Program-made: the position numbers and the translations under genes
Origin: Chiloscyllium plagiosum
Taxonomy: Eukaryota
Assembly: GCF_004010195.1 (NCBI RefSeq)
Contig: NC_057718.1
Location: 23,466,637 to 23,530,636 of the forward strand
DNA: 64,000 nucleotides
Direction: 5' to 3'
The notes under the pieces: model-generated
What the model was told of the DNA's origin: nothing
Seen by the model: only the letters and a program-made list of their open reading frames with translations
The model's database searches: none
Part shown: positions 49,277 to 62,228 of the stretch, one piece after another
Layout of the letters: each line of letters opens with the position of its first letter
Numbering within the stretch: position 1 is the stretch's first letter

Positions 49277-50098
49277 TGTGACAAACAGTATATATAATTA
49301 CTTTTGAAAGTTGAATTTTAAAATAGAGGCAAAGAGATTTTAATCAGTTCCATGAATATGTTTCTTTCGAAAGCTCAGAAAGTAATTCTGGAACAATGAC
49401 CTAACAACATAATTGCGAAGGAAACATGCGACTACAATCACGTGCCTGACAGAACTCTTGCTGCTTAATGAATAAAATGTTTATACTGTTGAGTTTATGA
49501 CAGACAACACAAACAAAATATATCCATTAGTTCTCTTGACCATAGCAGATGAATCATTGTGAAGTTCGGAAGAAACAAGAGTAAAGGTCAGCTCAGGGGA
49601 ATCAGTATTTTCTAATCTTTGGAACTTCCAAACCAAGGGAGCTTGAATGGAGTCTTCAAGTTGTTAGAACTGAGAAAGTTTAGGCGCCTCGAATGACATA
49701 AAGTTTATCCTTCAAACCTGGAAAGAAATCAGAAAATTGTCCCTTAGGAAAGAAACTGGAAGCAATCAGTTAAGCACACATTTAAAGATTTACTTAGAAG
49801 TATTATTTCTTTAGTCTTGGGTCTCTTTAACAGTTGTTGGGTAACAGGTTGAAACTTCGTTTTGCTTTTTTGTTAAGATCTTTCTAAACTGGCTCCCGTT
49901 TGTATATCAGTTCGTTTATTTCCTTCTTCTTTTCTGTAATAAATGTATGTTCAGTTTTTAAAGAAAACCAGCATCTTCACGTGGATATGGTTCAGTAATT
50001 AATGACTGTATTAACCAACTAAAACAACACAGTCTCTCAAGCCAAGTTTCATTCTTGAATCTGACTTGTCCAGTAAGGCCATCACCAACGACACTCCA
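49277..50098 (+). mobile_element. Probable decayed solo LTR
   Basis: Starts TGTGAC, AATAAA at ~49938, 3' part atctgacttgtccagta resembles recalled shark LTR ends; no clear TSD. Confidence 0.4.
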
Positions 50099-50429
50099 AA
50101 TTTATGTTCATAAATTGGTCAGGCGACCTTTGCCTGAAAGTACTGCATACTCGGTGATTATAATCAAGTTAGAAAAATGAGCAGGAGTGCGGGAAAAAGG
50201 CAGTGAAATGGGACCTGCTGAGTTGCTCACCCAGGAAGGCAGCGTGAACACATCAGGGGGAATAGTCTTCTTTGTGCTGACAACATTCCTTGATTTATTC
50301 ACATTTCATTGGCAAATGTTTTTGAAGCGACTTCCTAGCCAAATGGGAAGGAAAACTGTCTCAGGGAAAGCATCTTAAGGAAAAGTGACATTGATGCTTT
50401 CCTGATACTGTAGGAAACACTTTCTTAAA

Positions 50430-50650
50430 GGTTTAATAGGAAATGGTGGAAGCTAGTACAATGACAACATTTAAGAGGCATCTGGATGGGTATATGAATA
50501 GGAAGGGTTTGGAGGGATATGGACCGGGTGCTGGCAGGTGGGACTAGATTGGGTTGGGATATCTGGTCGGCATGGACCAAAGGGTCTGTTGGACCAAAGG
50601 GTTGGACCAAAGGGTCTGTTTCCATGCTGTACATCACTATGACTCTATGA
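50430..50650 (+). mobile_element. CR1 3' end
   Basis: Same subfamily as 30780-31167, with small internal slippage duplication. Confidence 0.88.
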
Positions 50651-51899
50651 ACTGATTCTTAAACACTTTATGAGGGACCTAGAGCAGCCCCTTTTGAGGG
50701 TCTCTGGTTGGATCACTCCCTGTCAATTATCTGAATGTAGCTGGAACACAGTATACATTGCACCTTCTAGTCGGCCAAAATAGCATTATTCCTATTGCTA
50801 TCTCCAGCATACATTGATTAATAAGTCTCATTTCTGTTTCTACTTTGCACATGGACTACCCTTTTAATTGTCAGGTCAAACTGCCAGAAACCTGGGCAGT
50901 ATCAGCTCGAAGATAGAAAGTGCAGTGCTCCTGTTTCATAATAATACTATTCTGTTGTTACCTAATGAATGGAGATGAAATTGTCCTCTACAGCTGGCTA
51001 ATTTCACTGAACTGGTCACGTTCCATCTTCATAACATGAAATGAAGTGTTATAGAGGTGAAAACTAGGTTTCTGCTGCATGTCTGGTGAATGTATTGTAG
51101 GGGTTTAAGAAGCTAACCTGTTGTAGGGTAATCAGAAGATGGGGATATTCCTTTCTCCCCTTGGCCCTCCTAAAGCCATTCTAGTTCCTATCTCCTAATC
51201 CTGCCATTCATTCACAACACTCCTTACTTTCTCTGCTTGCAAATATTGTGCCTTTCCTAACCCTGAGCCTAATCCCTGGAATTCTCCTCCGACTTCATTG
51301 TACTCTGCTGCAAGCATGGCCCTGAATGCCCCTCAATAATCTCTGAAAGCTCTGCCTTGTCTTTATTTGGGTCATTACTTTACGATTTCTGCCTCTTGTG
51401 GGTCTGTCTTGGCCAGCATGCAGTAAATGAACTCTCTCAATCTTTCTTGCACATTAGCAGGGTTGTGTCAGCACTAGTGGTGGCTCTGCCTGTAGTTGAT
51501 GCAGAGGGAACAGCTATGACTCTTGTATGAAAGCAGGCAAGACAAAGCATTACAAAGCCGCAACGCCAAACCTCATACAGCAGCAAGATTTATCACGCCT
51601 CCCGCTCGTATATAAGCTCATATTGAGGACCCAATTAAATACAGGAATCTATGTGGTGTTGAAAGGCTGAAATAACAAATCATAGTCAGCCCATGGAGCT
51701 GATCTTTCTGCTTACTTCTGTTACAAGAAAAACCTTACAAGAATTAAATTAATCAACCATCACTATATGACTATGCAGAAGAGGTGTAATATTAACTAAA
51801 ATGCGAAGCAATGGAAATAGTATTTCTCAACAAAAAAGCTATTCCAACTCCATTTACCTGTACTATACCGTTGGAATGTGGGCAGCAGATGAATTTGCC

Positions 51900-52210
51900 G
51901 GGTGGCATGATAGTTCAGTGGTTAGCACTGCTGCCTCACAGCACCAGGGACCCGGGTTCGATTCCAGCCCTGGGCAACTGTCTGTGTGGAGTTTGCACAT
52001 TCTGCCCGTGTCTGCGTGGATTTCCTCCGGGTGCTCTAGTTTCCTCCCACAATTCAAAGATGTGCTGGTCAGGTTTGTCCATAATGTTAGATGTGTTCGT
52101 CAGGGGAAAATCTAGGGTAGGGGAATGGATCTGGGTGAGTTACTCTTCAGAGGGTCGGTGTGGACTTGTTGGGCTGAAGGACCTGTTTCCATACTGTAGG
52201 GATTCTAATC
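51900..52210 (+). mobile_element. HE1-type V-SINE
   Basis: gttagcactgctgcctcacagcaccagggacccgggttcgattcc. Confidence 0.9.
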
Positions 52211-52619
52211 TACATAAAGAAACCACAATGGTTGTAAAGGACATAAATGCAGTGGATTTCTCTGGGGTTTGGGGAAGGTTTAAAGGTTGTCATTTTGTTG
52301 GCATTCCTCCCTATTTAACTGCAGTCCGAAATTTTGCAAGATTTTGCATGAATCAGAGGAATGTCACTGTACTAGTTTATATTTCAGTACCACCACAAAG
52401 TTAATATCTGAACATGATTTCAAACAGGTCAGTGCATTTTCATACTGCAAGATAGAGATCCAGTCTCTCAGTAAACTCAGGGACTCCCCACATTGTCCCA
52501 TGGATTGTGATGCCCACTGAATTCTCAACAATTTTGCTTCTGACTAACCCTGAAAGCTGTAATTTCGGAAGAGAGTATGTGATGGGAAGCTGAATCCACC
52601 CCTCCCCTTCAAAATTCTA

Positions 52620-52980
52620 ATGAGCAGACAGATGCTGAGAGTCTAGAACCAGAGATCATAATGTCAGGAGAAAGGGTCAGCCATTTTGAACTGAGATGAG
52701 GAGAAATTTCTCCACTTTGAGGGATTGTGACTCTTTGAACTTCTGTCACCCAAAGGGCTTGTGGATGCACGATTGATAAGAAGATGCAGATATTAGGTCA
52801 ACAGGTTCTTGAACATGAAAGGAATCAAGAGGTTTGGGGAGATGATGAGAAAATGGAATTGTGGTAGATCAGCCAGGAGCTGAATGATGAAGGATGCTTG
52901 GGGGGGTGGGGGGTGGGGGGGGGGGGGGGGGTGGTGAGGGGAGCTGTATTGTCTAATCCGGCTTCTATTTCATGTGTTCT
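52620..52980 (+). mobile_element. Old CR1 3' end containing a poly-G tract
   Basis: gaactgagatgaggagaaatttc; G-run ~52900-52935. Confidence 0.65.
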
Positions 52981-54799
52981 TCTGAGAAAACAGAAATTAT
53001 ATCAGAGCTGTAGAAAAGACAGGAGCTGCACTTTTGGCAGTGAAGCACAGAAACTGGGATTTCAAGGCCTTAGTGTTTGATTAAAAAGCCAAGCTTGAAT
53101 AAAGCTCAGACCACATGAATAGAAATCAAAACAGTGTGAAAGATTGGGCACCTTGAATAAGTACAATACCACAGAACAAGCAAATACTTACACTTCGAGC
53201 CGCATAAGTCTTTTAAGATGTCCTTTCATTAATTTGCTTTATTGATATTCTAATCTACAGATTCTCGATCTAATTTACAGTATTTCTGTCTTGAGCTCTA
53301 TACTCATCTATTTTAAGAGAGCAGACACATTAGGTCAATGCAAAGGAATAGCAGCAAGACTGCTCAGCAGCATTCGTCAATGTCAGCAATGTGTTTATAG
53401 GCAAAAAGGTTTTGTTCTGAGCTTCCACTGAGTATTTGACAACTTATGGAACACCACCCAGAGAGTTTGCATCCATGAACATCCATTATAGAGAATGTGG
53501 AGGAACCAAAATGACTGGCAATTTTCAAAAAGGAAATGACATGTATACTTGACGGGGGAAAAAACAGTTGTAGGGCAACAAAATAAAATCAAGGAAGCCA
53601 GGCATATTGCCTAAGACCTTCAAATGGCATGACATGCTGAACAGTCTCAATCCATGCTGTAGAGTTTCTGACTTATTGGGGGTTTGTGATGTTTCTGACC
53701 TGTGGACCATCCACTCTGACCAAACTGCTTTTCAAATGAGATAATTTGGAAACAGTGTTGGTCTTGAGATCATTAAATGTCATGAACTGATGCAGGAAAT
53801 GATAAAAAAAACTAATCGAGTGCTAGCCTTTGTATCCTAAGGAGCAGAATACAAGGAGATAGAAGCTGTGCTTCAGTGTAAAAAGCTCTGGTTTGAACAC
53901 AGCTACAGGACTGTGAGTCATCTGAGCACTCCAACTTAGGAAGGATATACTGGCCTTGAAAGAGTGCAATGCAGGACTTCAAGGGGTTTCTCCTCCTTGT
54001 TCTTTCATGAAATACAGTCAGCACCACTAAGTCTAACATTTGTTGCATAGTCCTGATTCCCTTGAACAGATTGATTCGCTCAGAGGGCGATTAAGTCACC
54101 ACTACATTATTGTGGATGTGGAAACTTATGTGCAGGCCAGACTGGGTGAGATGGGCAAAGTTCATTCTCTCAAGGAATTAAGGGCTACGGGGAGAATGTG
54201 GGTAAATGGAGTTGAAATGCCCATCAGCCATGATTGAATGCCGGAGTGGACTCGATGGGCCAAATGGCCTTACTTCCGCTCAAAAAGAGAGAAGAGAAGG
54301 CTTTTAGTGAACGTGACTAAGGTCAGTCAGAGTGACAGCACCCACAACACAATACATCGCAGCACACCACAGCAGAGCAAACATAGAGGTTGACTGTGGC
54401 AGGAGCTATGGATAAATACGTGATGAGCTGGGCCTGGATTGATGTCAGTCAAATTGGGACTGGGGTCATTCAGAGTGGGACTATCGTCAGTCAGAGTCGG
54501 GGTGAGGACTGAGCAAGAGGTGTGGTCTAATTGAGTTCCGATACAACTGAATCAAGGCTTCACTCTCCTAGACCTAAATCCTCTTGTGATAGTCTTCCTG
54601 ATAGCTTACTCCAGCTGAAAGTTAGTCATTAGCAAACTATTGACTCTGACACCTCAGTCCCTTTGTTCTCTCCAATTTACAGCCTCTCGAAATACTGTGC
54701 ACATCTGAGCAAAGTGGATAACCTCACATTTTCCCACATTAAATTCCACCTGCCATCTTCTTGCCCACTCACTGAGCCTGTCCAAATCCTCTTCAGAGA

Positions 54800-55092
54800 T
54801 TCCAAGATTAGGGACATATTTTTAAGGTGAGAGGAAAGAGATTTTAAAAAGACATGGGAACAAATCTTTTACACAGAAGGTGGTTCATGTGTGGAATGAA
54901 CTTCCTGAGGAACTGATGGATGTGGGTACAGTGACAAGGTTTAAAAAACATTTGGATAAGTACAAGAATAGGAAAGGTTTGGAGGGAAATGGGCCAGGAG
55001 CAGGCAGGTGGGACTAGTTTAGTGTGGGATTATGTTTGACATGGACTAGTTGGACGGAAGAGTCTGTTTGCATGCTGCATGACTCAGTGACT
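54800..55092 (+). mobile_element. CR1 3' end
   Basis: ttttacacagaaggtggttcatgtgtggaatgaacttcc. Confidence 0.85.
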
Positions 55093-55434
55093 GTGGACAT
55101 TTGGAGCAGGACTAAGGACTGTTTGAGTGGGACTGAGGTCAGTCAGAGTGGGACTGAGGACAACCGGAGGATCACAGTGTGACTGGAGTTGAATCCAGAT
55201 TCAGAACTCCAGAGGTGATGTCATGACTCAAAGTGACATAGTCTTGGCTGCTCAGAAACCAGGTTTAGAGACTGCGAGTCATGTCAGGAGGGAGACAGAG
55301 TATAAAGTATTTACTCTTATCATTGTAGTTTGTTAGGAATGGACAGTGAGAGTGAGAAATCTGGTTTTGGTGAGTAGTGGGTAAGGATGTAGAATTGGTT
55401 CATCGTGTGTTGGTTATGGTTGATAAAGTTCACA

Positions 55435-56140
55435 ATGGCAGGTGAATCCAGGCCTGTGGAATGCTCCTCCTGCAATATGTGGGCAATCAGGGATACTTCC
55501 AGTCTCCGTGGCAACTCCATTTGCAGGAAGTGTGTTCAGCTGCAGCTCCTGATATGCCACACGGACCACCTGGAGCTGAACTCACTATGGAGCAGCCATG
55601 AGGCTGGGAATGTTGTGGATAGCATGTTTAGCAAACTGGTCACAACACCAGGAAGGGTTACACAGCCAGAGGAGAGTTCAGTGACCACCAGAAAAAGGAG
55701 TAATTGTGGACAGACATTGCCTGTGGCCATTCCTATCTCAAATAGGAATATCATGTTGGGTATTGTTGGGAGGAATGGCCTCTCAGGGGGCAGCAGCAGC
55801 AGCAGATGAATGGCACCATGACTAGCACTGTTGTATAGCAGAGATGGTCAAAGTATAGACAAGCAGTGGTGAGAGGGGACTCTATAGTCAGGGGCACAGA
55901 TAAGTATTTCACTGACCATGAGCAAGTCTCCAGGATGGTGTGATTACTCTCTCTGCCATGTGCTAATAAGGCCAGAAGTGGGGAGATAATGCAGATGAAT
56001 GAGTGGCTAAAGAGCTAGTGTAGGAGGGAGGGTTTCTTTGAATCTTTGGGATCTATTCCAGGATAGATGAGACCTATACAAGGAGGGTTACAGGAGGGAC
56101 ACCAATCTCCTCATAGGGAGCTTTGCAAGCGCCACTTGGA
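55435..56140 (+). pseudogene. CR1 LINE ORF1 remnant (zinc finger + SGNH esterase-like domain)
   Basis: MAGESRPVECSSCNMW..ICRKCVQLQLL, VAIPISNR, then AVVRGDSIVRGTDKYF at ~55863. Confidence 0.85.
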
Positions 56141-56224
56141 AGGGTTTATGGTTAGGTGGTGGCCTTAGCGGTGTTATCGCCAGACTATTAATCCAAAGAC
56201 CCAGGCAACGTTTTGGGGATCTAT

Positions 56225-56730
56225 ACAGTCGGAAAGATGTGGAGGCTTTGCAGAAAGTGCAGAAGAGGTTTACCAGGATATTGCCCGGATTGCCGTGTAT
56301 TAACTAGAAGGAGCGGATGGACAAGCCTGAGTTGTTTTCGCTGGAGTGTCGGAGGCTGAGGAGCGGCCTGATAGAAGTGCATGAAATTATGAGGTGTTGA
56401 TAGTCAGAGTCTTTTTCCCAGAGAGGAAATATTACATACTAAGAGGCATAGGTTTAAGGTGAGAGAGGGAAAGTTTAAAGAAAATGTACAAAGAAAGTTT
56501 TTTTTATGCAGAAGGTAGTAGGTGTCTGGATCATCTGACCAGAGGAGGTGGTAGAAGCAGATATGTTGGCAAAGTTTAAGAGCCATTTAGACAAACACAT
56601 GAAAAGTCAGGGAATAGAGGGATATGGACATGTACTGGCAGATGAAATTAGTTCAGAATAACATCATGGTCAGCACAGACCTGGTGGGCTGAAGGGTCTG
56701 TTCCTGTTCCTTGCTGCTGTATGTTCTATG
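56225..56730 (+). mobile_element. CR1 3' end
   Basis: KDVEALQKVQKRFTRILPG; gttctatg tail. Confidence 0.88.
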
Positions 56731-58199
56731 TAATCAATGATAGAATCACCCACATTATATTCTAGAATTACTGATTGAATTTAAATTCCACCTACTGTGT
56801 TGAGATTTGAACCCATGTCCTTCAAGCATTAATCTGTGCCCCTGAACTCTGGTCCATTGAATAGTATTGAAGCTCCACTCTGCAACCATTTCCCCACAGA
56901 TAAATTAAACAAATCAATTCTGGACAATTGAAAAGGTTAAAGGAGATTTGGTTGAAATCTTCAAGACATTAAGGGGAACAGATAGATTACATTGAGAGAA
57001 ACTATTTCCATTGGATGGGAGGTGGAAGACTAGGAGCATTGCTGAAGTGTTAAAAACAAAACTTTCAGGAGTGAAATTGGAATAGACTTCTCAATGTAGA
57101 GGCTTCTAGGAGTTTGGAACCTTCTCCACAACGAGCTAGTTGTTAATATTGACAGTGAGATTGGTAGGCTTTTCTGAACCGAAGAGATCAAGGAGCAAAG
57201 GGAGGTTTATAGAGTTAGCTGATTATACAAGGTTTTATGATATGGAGGAACAGGCATGATGAGTTCTACTCTTGATTATCATTAACGAATCTGCTGCAGT
57301 TTTCATGGTCTTTTCATTCCATAAGTCATTAGATTTTATTGGATTCAATTTCACAATTTATCACAGTGGGATTTGAAATCCCACGGCAGCCCAGATTTTA
57401 ATCCTGTGTGATTAATTGAATGAGTATATCTCTGAATTCTGATCAAAATGCTTCACCTGCTGCAGTTTCACCTTCTGTCCAGCATGTGGCACGGGAAATT
57501 TCATTTGTGTTTCAAATTTTCAATCTAGTGAAGATAATTTGTAGATATTACTGATTAATTCTTTATGGATCCATACATTTCTTAAATTTTATGCTCATTA
57601 GTGACCCATCATTCCATTGTGCAAGTTTGTCTTGTTTTCCTCCTCTTTAAGCCCCACTGATTTCCACTGGTAAGCCCCAGTTGCTAGTGGTTTCCATCTG
57701 TATTCGCTAAGGAGAGTTGGTAATCTTGTTTTGTTGGTTGTTGTTCTTTCAGTTCTCTAGACATTTGCCATTTCTGTTTTGCTTACATTTCCACATAGAC
57801 ACAGCTACTCCCCAATCTGGCTTTGTGCACTCCTTCACCCTACCACAGATAGACTGCAGCTCATTCATTTATTGTAAACCCAATTTTAATATCAACAAAA
57901 AAATGCTGATGCAAATCCAGCCTGGGGCATATTCAATTCAGAAGATTATAGGTTTTATAGTTACCTCTGCCAAACAGAAACTAATTAAAAACAGGCAGAA
58001 CCCCTGTGAAGATTCTGTTGAAGGGAAAAAGAGAAACCATGGGTAATGTGCTCCAAGGAGAACAAATCTTTCAACTAACATAATATTACACATTGTTAGA
58101 AACAACTCCAAATTGTCTCTCTCCTCTCTGTTAATTGTTCCAAACAGTGACCATCTCAAACAAGAGAGAATCTAATTATCCCTTCTTGTCTTTCAATGT

Positions 58200-59240
58200 T
58201 ATTACTCTTGCTGAACCCCCAGGTATGAACATGCTCAGTTATTACTGAACAGAAGTCATATAAAAACTGTGGCTATAAGAGCAGGTCAGAACCTGAGAAT
58301 TCTTCAGTGAGTAATCCGCCTCCTGACTTCTCAATGCCTTTCCACCACCTACAAGGCACAAGTCTTGAGTGATGACTGTAGATGCTGGAGATCATAGTCA
58401 AAGTGTGTGGTGCTGGAAAAGCACAGCAGGTCAGGCAGCATCCAAGGAGAGTCGACGTTTTAGGCATAAGGCCTTCATCAGGAATGAGGCTTGTGGGCCA
58501 AGTGGGCTGAGAGATAAATGTGATGGGGGTGGCAAGGTAGCTGGGAAAGTGATAGGTAGATGAAGGTGGGGGTGAAAGTGATAAGTCGGAGAGGAGGGTG
58601 AAGTCGATAGTTGGGAAGGAAGATGGACAGTAGGAAAGTTCAAGAGAGCGGTGCCAAGTAGAAAGGTTGGAACAGCCCGAAACGGGGATTCTCCTGCCCC
58701 TCGGATGCTGCCTGACCGGCTGTGCTTTTCCAGCATCATACTCTTCGACACAAGTCTGGAGTGTGATGGAGTACTCTCTACCTGCCTTGAGTTCTGACAA
58801 CACTCAAAAACTTTGACACCATTAGGTCAAGGAGGGTCACTTTACTGGCATCTCATTTAAAACATTCAACATTCGCTCCCCCCTTCATTGCTGCACAGTG
58901 ACAGTAGTGTGTACCATCACAGACGCTCCTGCGGTAGCACCTTCCAAATGCATGAATCTACCATCGAGACGGACAAGGGCAGCAGATACATGGGAACACT
59001 ACCAGCTGCATGTTGCCCTCCATGTCACACACCATCCTGATTTGAGAATATATCACTGTCCTTCAGTGTTGCTGGGTCAGAATCTTGGCACTCCCTCCCT
59101 AACAGCACTGCACTTATACCGAATAACTGCAGCAGTTCAAGAAGGCAGCTGAGCACTATCGTTCCCAGGACAATTATGGATGAACGATAAATGCTGTCTA
59201 GTCAAAATTACTGACATCCACGAAGGAATAAAATTAATTG
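58200..59240 (+). mobile_element. Second CR1/L2-group LINE family 3' part, interrupted by PLE insert
   Basis: Homologous to 33745-34545. Confidence 0.8.
58372..58748. mobile_element. PLE insertion with inverted termini and 15-bp TSD
   Basis: TSD cacaagtct(t/g)gagtg 58357-58371 and 58749-58763; minus-strand ctgatgaaggccttatgcctaaaacgtc. Confidence 0.85.
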
Positions 59241-59539
59241 AGTATTTAATTATATTCGGGTGATGGGAATTAATCAGGGATACACTTGCACTCCTATTTA
59301 TAAAGACAGATTGAAACTGTGGTTGTTGAGTGTGGAGATGCATGTTTACAAAGGCTCTGTAAATAATAGCTTACAAGTGCATGAAGATTAGACTCCAGTT
59401 CTATTTTCACTACCTGGCTATCTTCCTGCTTAATCTGAATACCGAGCGCTCCTCAATTGTAACATTATAAAATCTTATCTTTACCAGCATTTCCTAAAGC
59501 ATCATATATATCTTCTGAATTTAGTCTTATGATTTTAAA

Positions 59540-60420
59540 TGCAACTGTACAATGGCAATCGAACATTCACATCAAACAAGTGTCAAACAATTACCACCTC
59601 CTGCAAGTGAGAATCAACCATTTCCCCTCGACATTCAATTGCTGAATATCCCACTGTCAACATCCTGAAATTTAAATGAACAAGGCATATTAGTACTATA
59701 ACTGCAAGACCAAATCAGAAGCTTGAAATTCTTCTGTGAGAAACTCATTTTCTGACTCCCAAAGCCTATCTACTGTCTACAGACCAGGAGAGTGATGGAA
59801 TACTCTACATTTGCCTCCAGCACCTACAACATTCAAGATGCTCAGGACACAGCAGCTCACAGTTTATTAGCACACCAGCACAGTGGCAGCTGTGAGGGTC
59901 ATTTATAAAATGCACAGCAGCAACTCATCAAAGACTCCTTCAATAGCACCTTCCAAATCCATGACAAAGGGCAGCAGATGCATGATGACACCACCACTCG
60001 CAATTCTCTTGCCAGTTACCCACTATTCTAACTTGAAATTACTGTCTTTCCTGCATTGATTCTCTGTCAAAATCCAAGAACTCACTTTCTCACAGCGCTG
60101 TAGGTGTGTGTACCCAATGTAATCTGAACTGCAGCAGTCAATCCTGGAATTCCCTCCCTCAGTGGGGGGACTGTGGCAGTTCAAGAAGGCAGCTCCACAC
60201 CACCTTCAGTGATGCCCACATCCCACAACTGAATCAATGTTTTCAACGAATCAATCCTTCTTGGACATCAGTAATTTTAGCTAGGTTGCATTTATCGCTC
60301 ATCCATAAAAGTTTTAAAGGTTTCTAAAATTTTTTAATAACCATCTTGATTGAAAGTTCAGATGTGCAATTATTGCTGGCCTTGCCAGTGACACTCATAT
60401 TTCAAGGATGCATAAATAAA
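59540..60420 (+). mobile_element. Second CR1/L2-group LINE family 3' part, older copy
   Basis: Homologous to 33745-34545. Confidence 0.75.
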
Positions 60421-61574
60421 AGCCTGATTATCAGTTTCTGGACCCCTTCATGGTTTGGGGGTATGGATGGCTCATTCATAGATAATGCTCATAGATGAGT
60501 CATGGGTGTCCTCACTAACCTTGTTATCTAGGCTTGTGTTCAGTCACGTCACATGGCCGTAAATGGAAAAACTTGTCTGCTAATTATCCTATGCTTTTGG
60601 AAAGTATCCACTACCTTGATGCAATCCCTTTTTAGTACAAACCTTATTACAATTCTAAAGTATACAATGCATTTATTTATCATTGAGCAAGTAACATCTA
60701 ACAACATTTGATCAGTACATGAAATCTCTCTGCCCTCTCAGAAAGAAAAAGCAGGATATTTCCTACAGGTCAAACATTGACAACAACTTCTTTTATCATA
60801 TTCTCCAAGTTCCTATTAGTTCTTTTTTACTTTGCACTTCTGTATGAAGCAAATCTCAAAGCCTTCTAGCTGTTTAAAGTTCTCAGGCCTGAATGACAGT
60901 AGGATTTGGAGCTGCTAGAGGTGCTAACCTTTACTAGAGTTTGGCAGTTTTAAAGAGATGAAACATTGCTTGTGATTCCCCAAACTGCAAAACCATCAAA
61001 ATTATCTGTGATCATCGGTAAAATAACCTTGCCAACCAAAGTAGGTTTGCCTCTGATAAATCCTGTCTGATTGCAACCAAATTCAGTCACAACAGGAGGA
61101 TCTGAAATACTTTCGGGGGCTTGTGTTTATGACAACAGATCAGAAGCTGGAATTGAATGCTGCATTATCAGAAGCTGAAAATGTCAGGTTTCACTTTTTT
61201 CCGATCTGACCCGTTGAGTTTCTCTGTGGTTATTTTCACCTTTTTTCCTTACTTACTGCCATAGCCATATTGTTGAATTGCCTTTAAAAACGCAGGGTGT
61301 GAGTAAAGTCACGTTTATTCCTCAGTTTAAGTTATCTTGAGGATAGGGTGATGGGTTTCCTTTCATCCTTAATAAGAATTGTTTTTTGTTAAAACAACTG
61401 AGAGACTTAGAGTATTGCGATTACTTTTACAGTACAGATTGCACCTCTGCCTTTCCCAAAGATGTTTTATATGCTACATGTTATTTTTTACCTTTTAAAT
61501 AGAATAAGCTGTGTTCCTAGAATCTTGAGTTCCAGACTGCTTGCCAATGTGTTTGTTGAAAATAATATTTTAGT

Positions 61575-61960
61575 TGGTATCATCCTCACTCTTAAGTCAA
61601 TGGTTTAAGTCCCATGCACCCTTGTTGTATTGAGGGAGTTCCTCATTGTTAAAGGTGCTGCCTTCTGTATGCGATCTTAAACGAAGGTTCATCTTCCCTC
61701 TCAGGAGAAAATTAAAGATAGAATAACACTTCTCCAAAATTGAGCCGGGGTGTAATCCTGAAGTTCATCCAGTAATCAGCAACATACAAAACGCACCATC
61801 TAGTCAATATTTTTGTAGAAATTGCTGTGCTCAAATTGAATGTTACCTTCTCTACAATTTCACAATGATAGGACATTTCAAAAGTGTTCATTGACTGAAT
61901 AACTGTTCAGAATTCCCTGTGGATATGGAAGGTGCTGTGGAAATGTAAATCTTTCTTTCT
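61575..61960 (+). mobile_element. Deu-domain SINE (SacSINE1/AmnSINE1-like)
   Basis: gagggagttcctcattgttaaaggtgctgcc..ccctctcagg..ttgctgtgctcaaattg..aaggtgctgtggaaatgtaaatctttcttt resembles recalled DeuSINE consensus. Confidence 0.65.
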
Positions 61961-62044
61961 ATTGCATTGCAGAATTAGCACAATAGGAAGTAATGGAGCA
62001 AGGTAAAATTTGTTTTTAACATTACAATGCTATTCAGTCAAACG

Positions 62045-62228
62045 GACTGCAGATGCTGGAATCTAAGGTAGACAAGCAGAAGGCTGGAAGAACACAGTAA
62101 GCCAGGCAGCATCAGGATATGGAGAAGTTGAAGAATTCCTGAGGAAAGGTTACACTTGAAAAGTTGACTTCTCCACCTCCTGCTGCTGCCTGGCTTGCTG
62201 TGTTCTTCCAGCCTCCTGTTTGTTTATC
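62045..62228. mobile_element. Fold-back PLE mini-element, further family
   Basis: Arms aggctggaagaacacag / ctgtgttcttccagcct; core ctgaggaaaggttacacttgaaa 62139-62161. Confidence 0.75.

Noticed and set aside
51811..52404. 197-aa ORF
   Set aside because: Reads through an HE1 SINE; not a gene
57965..58014. 50-nt minus-strand exon-like segment with good acceptor
   Set aside because: Peptide uninformative, no independent support
61257..61281. 25-nt minus-strand microexon phase-compatible with the 63229 exon
   Set aside because: AAG acceptor with pyrimidine tract supplied by a repeat tail; likely chance
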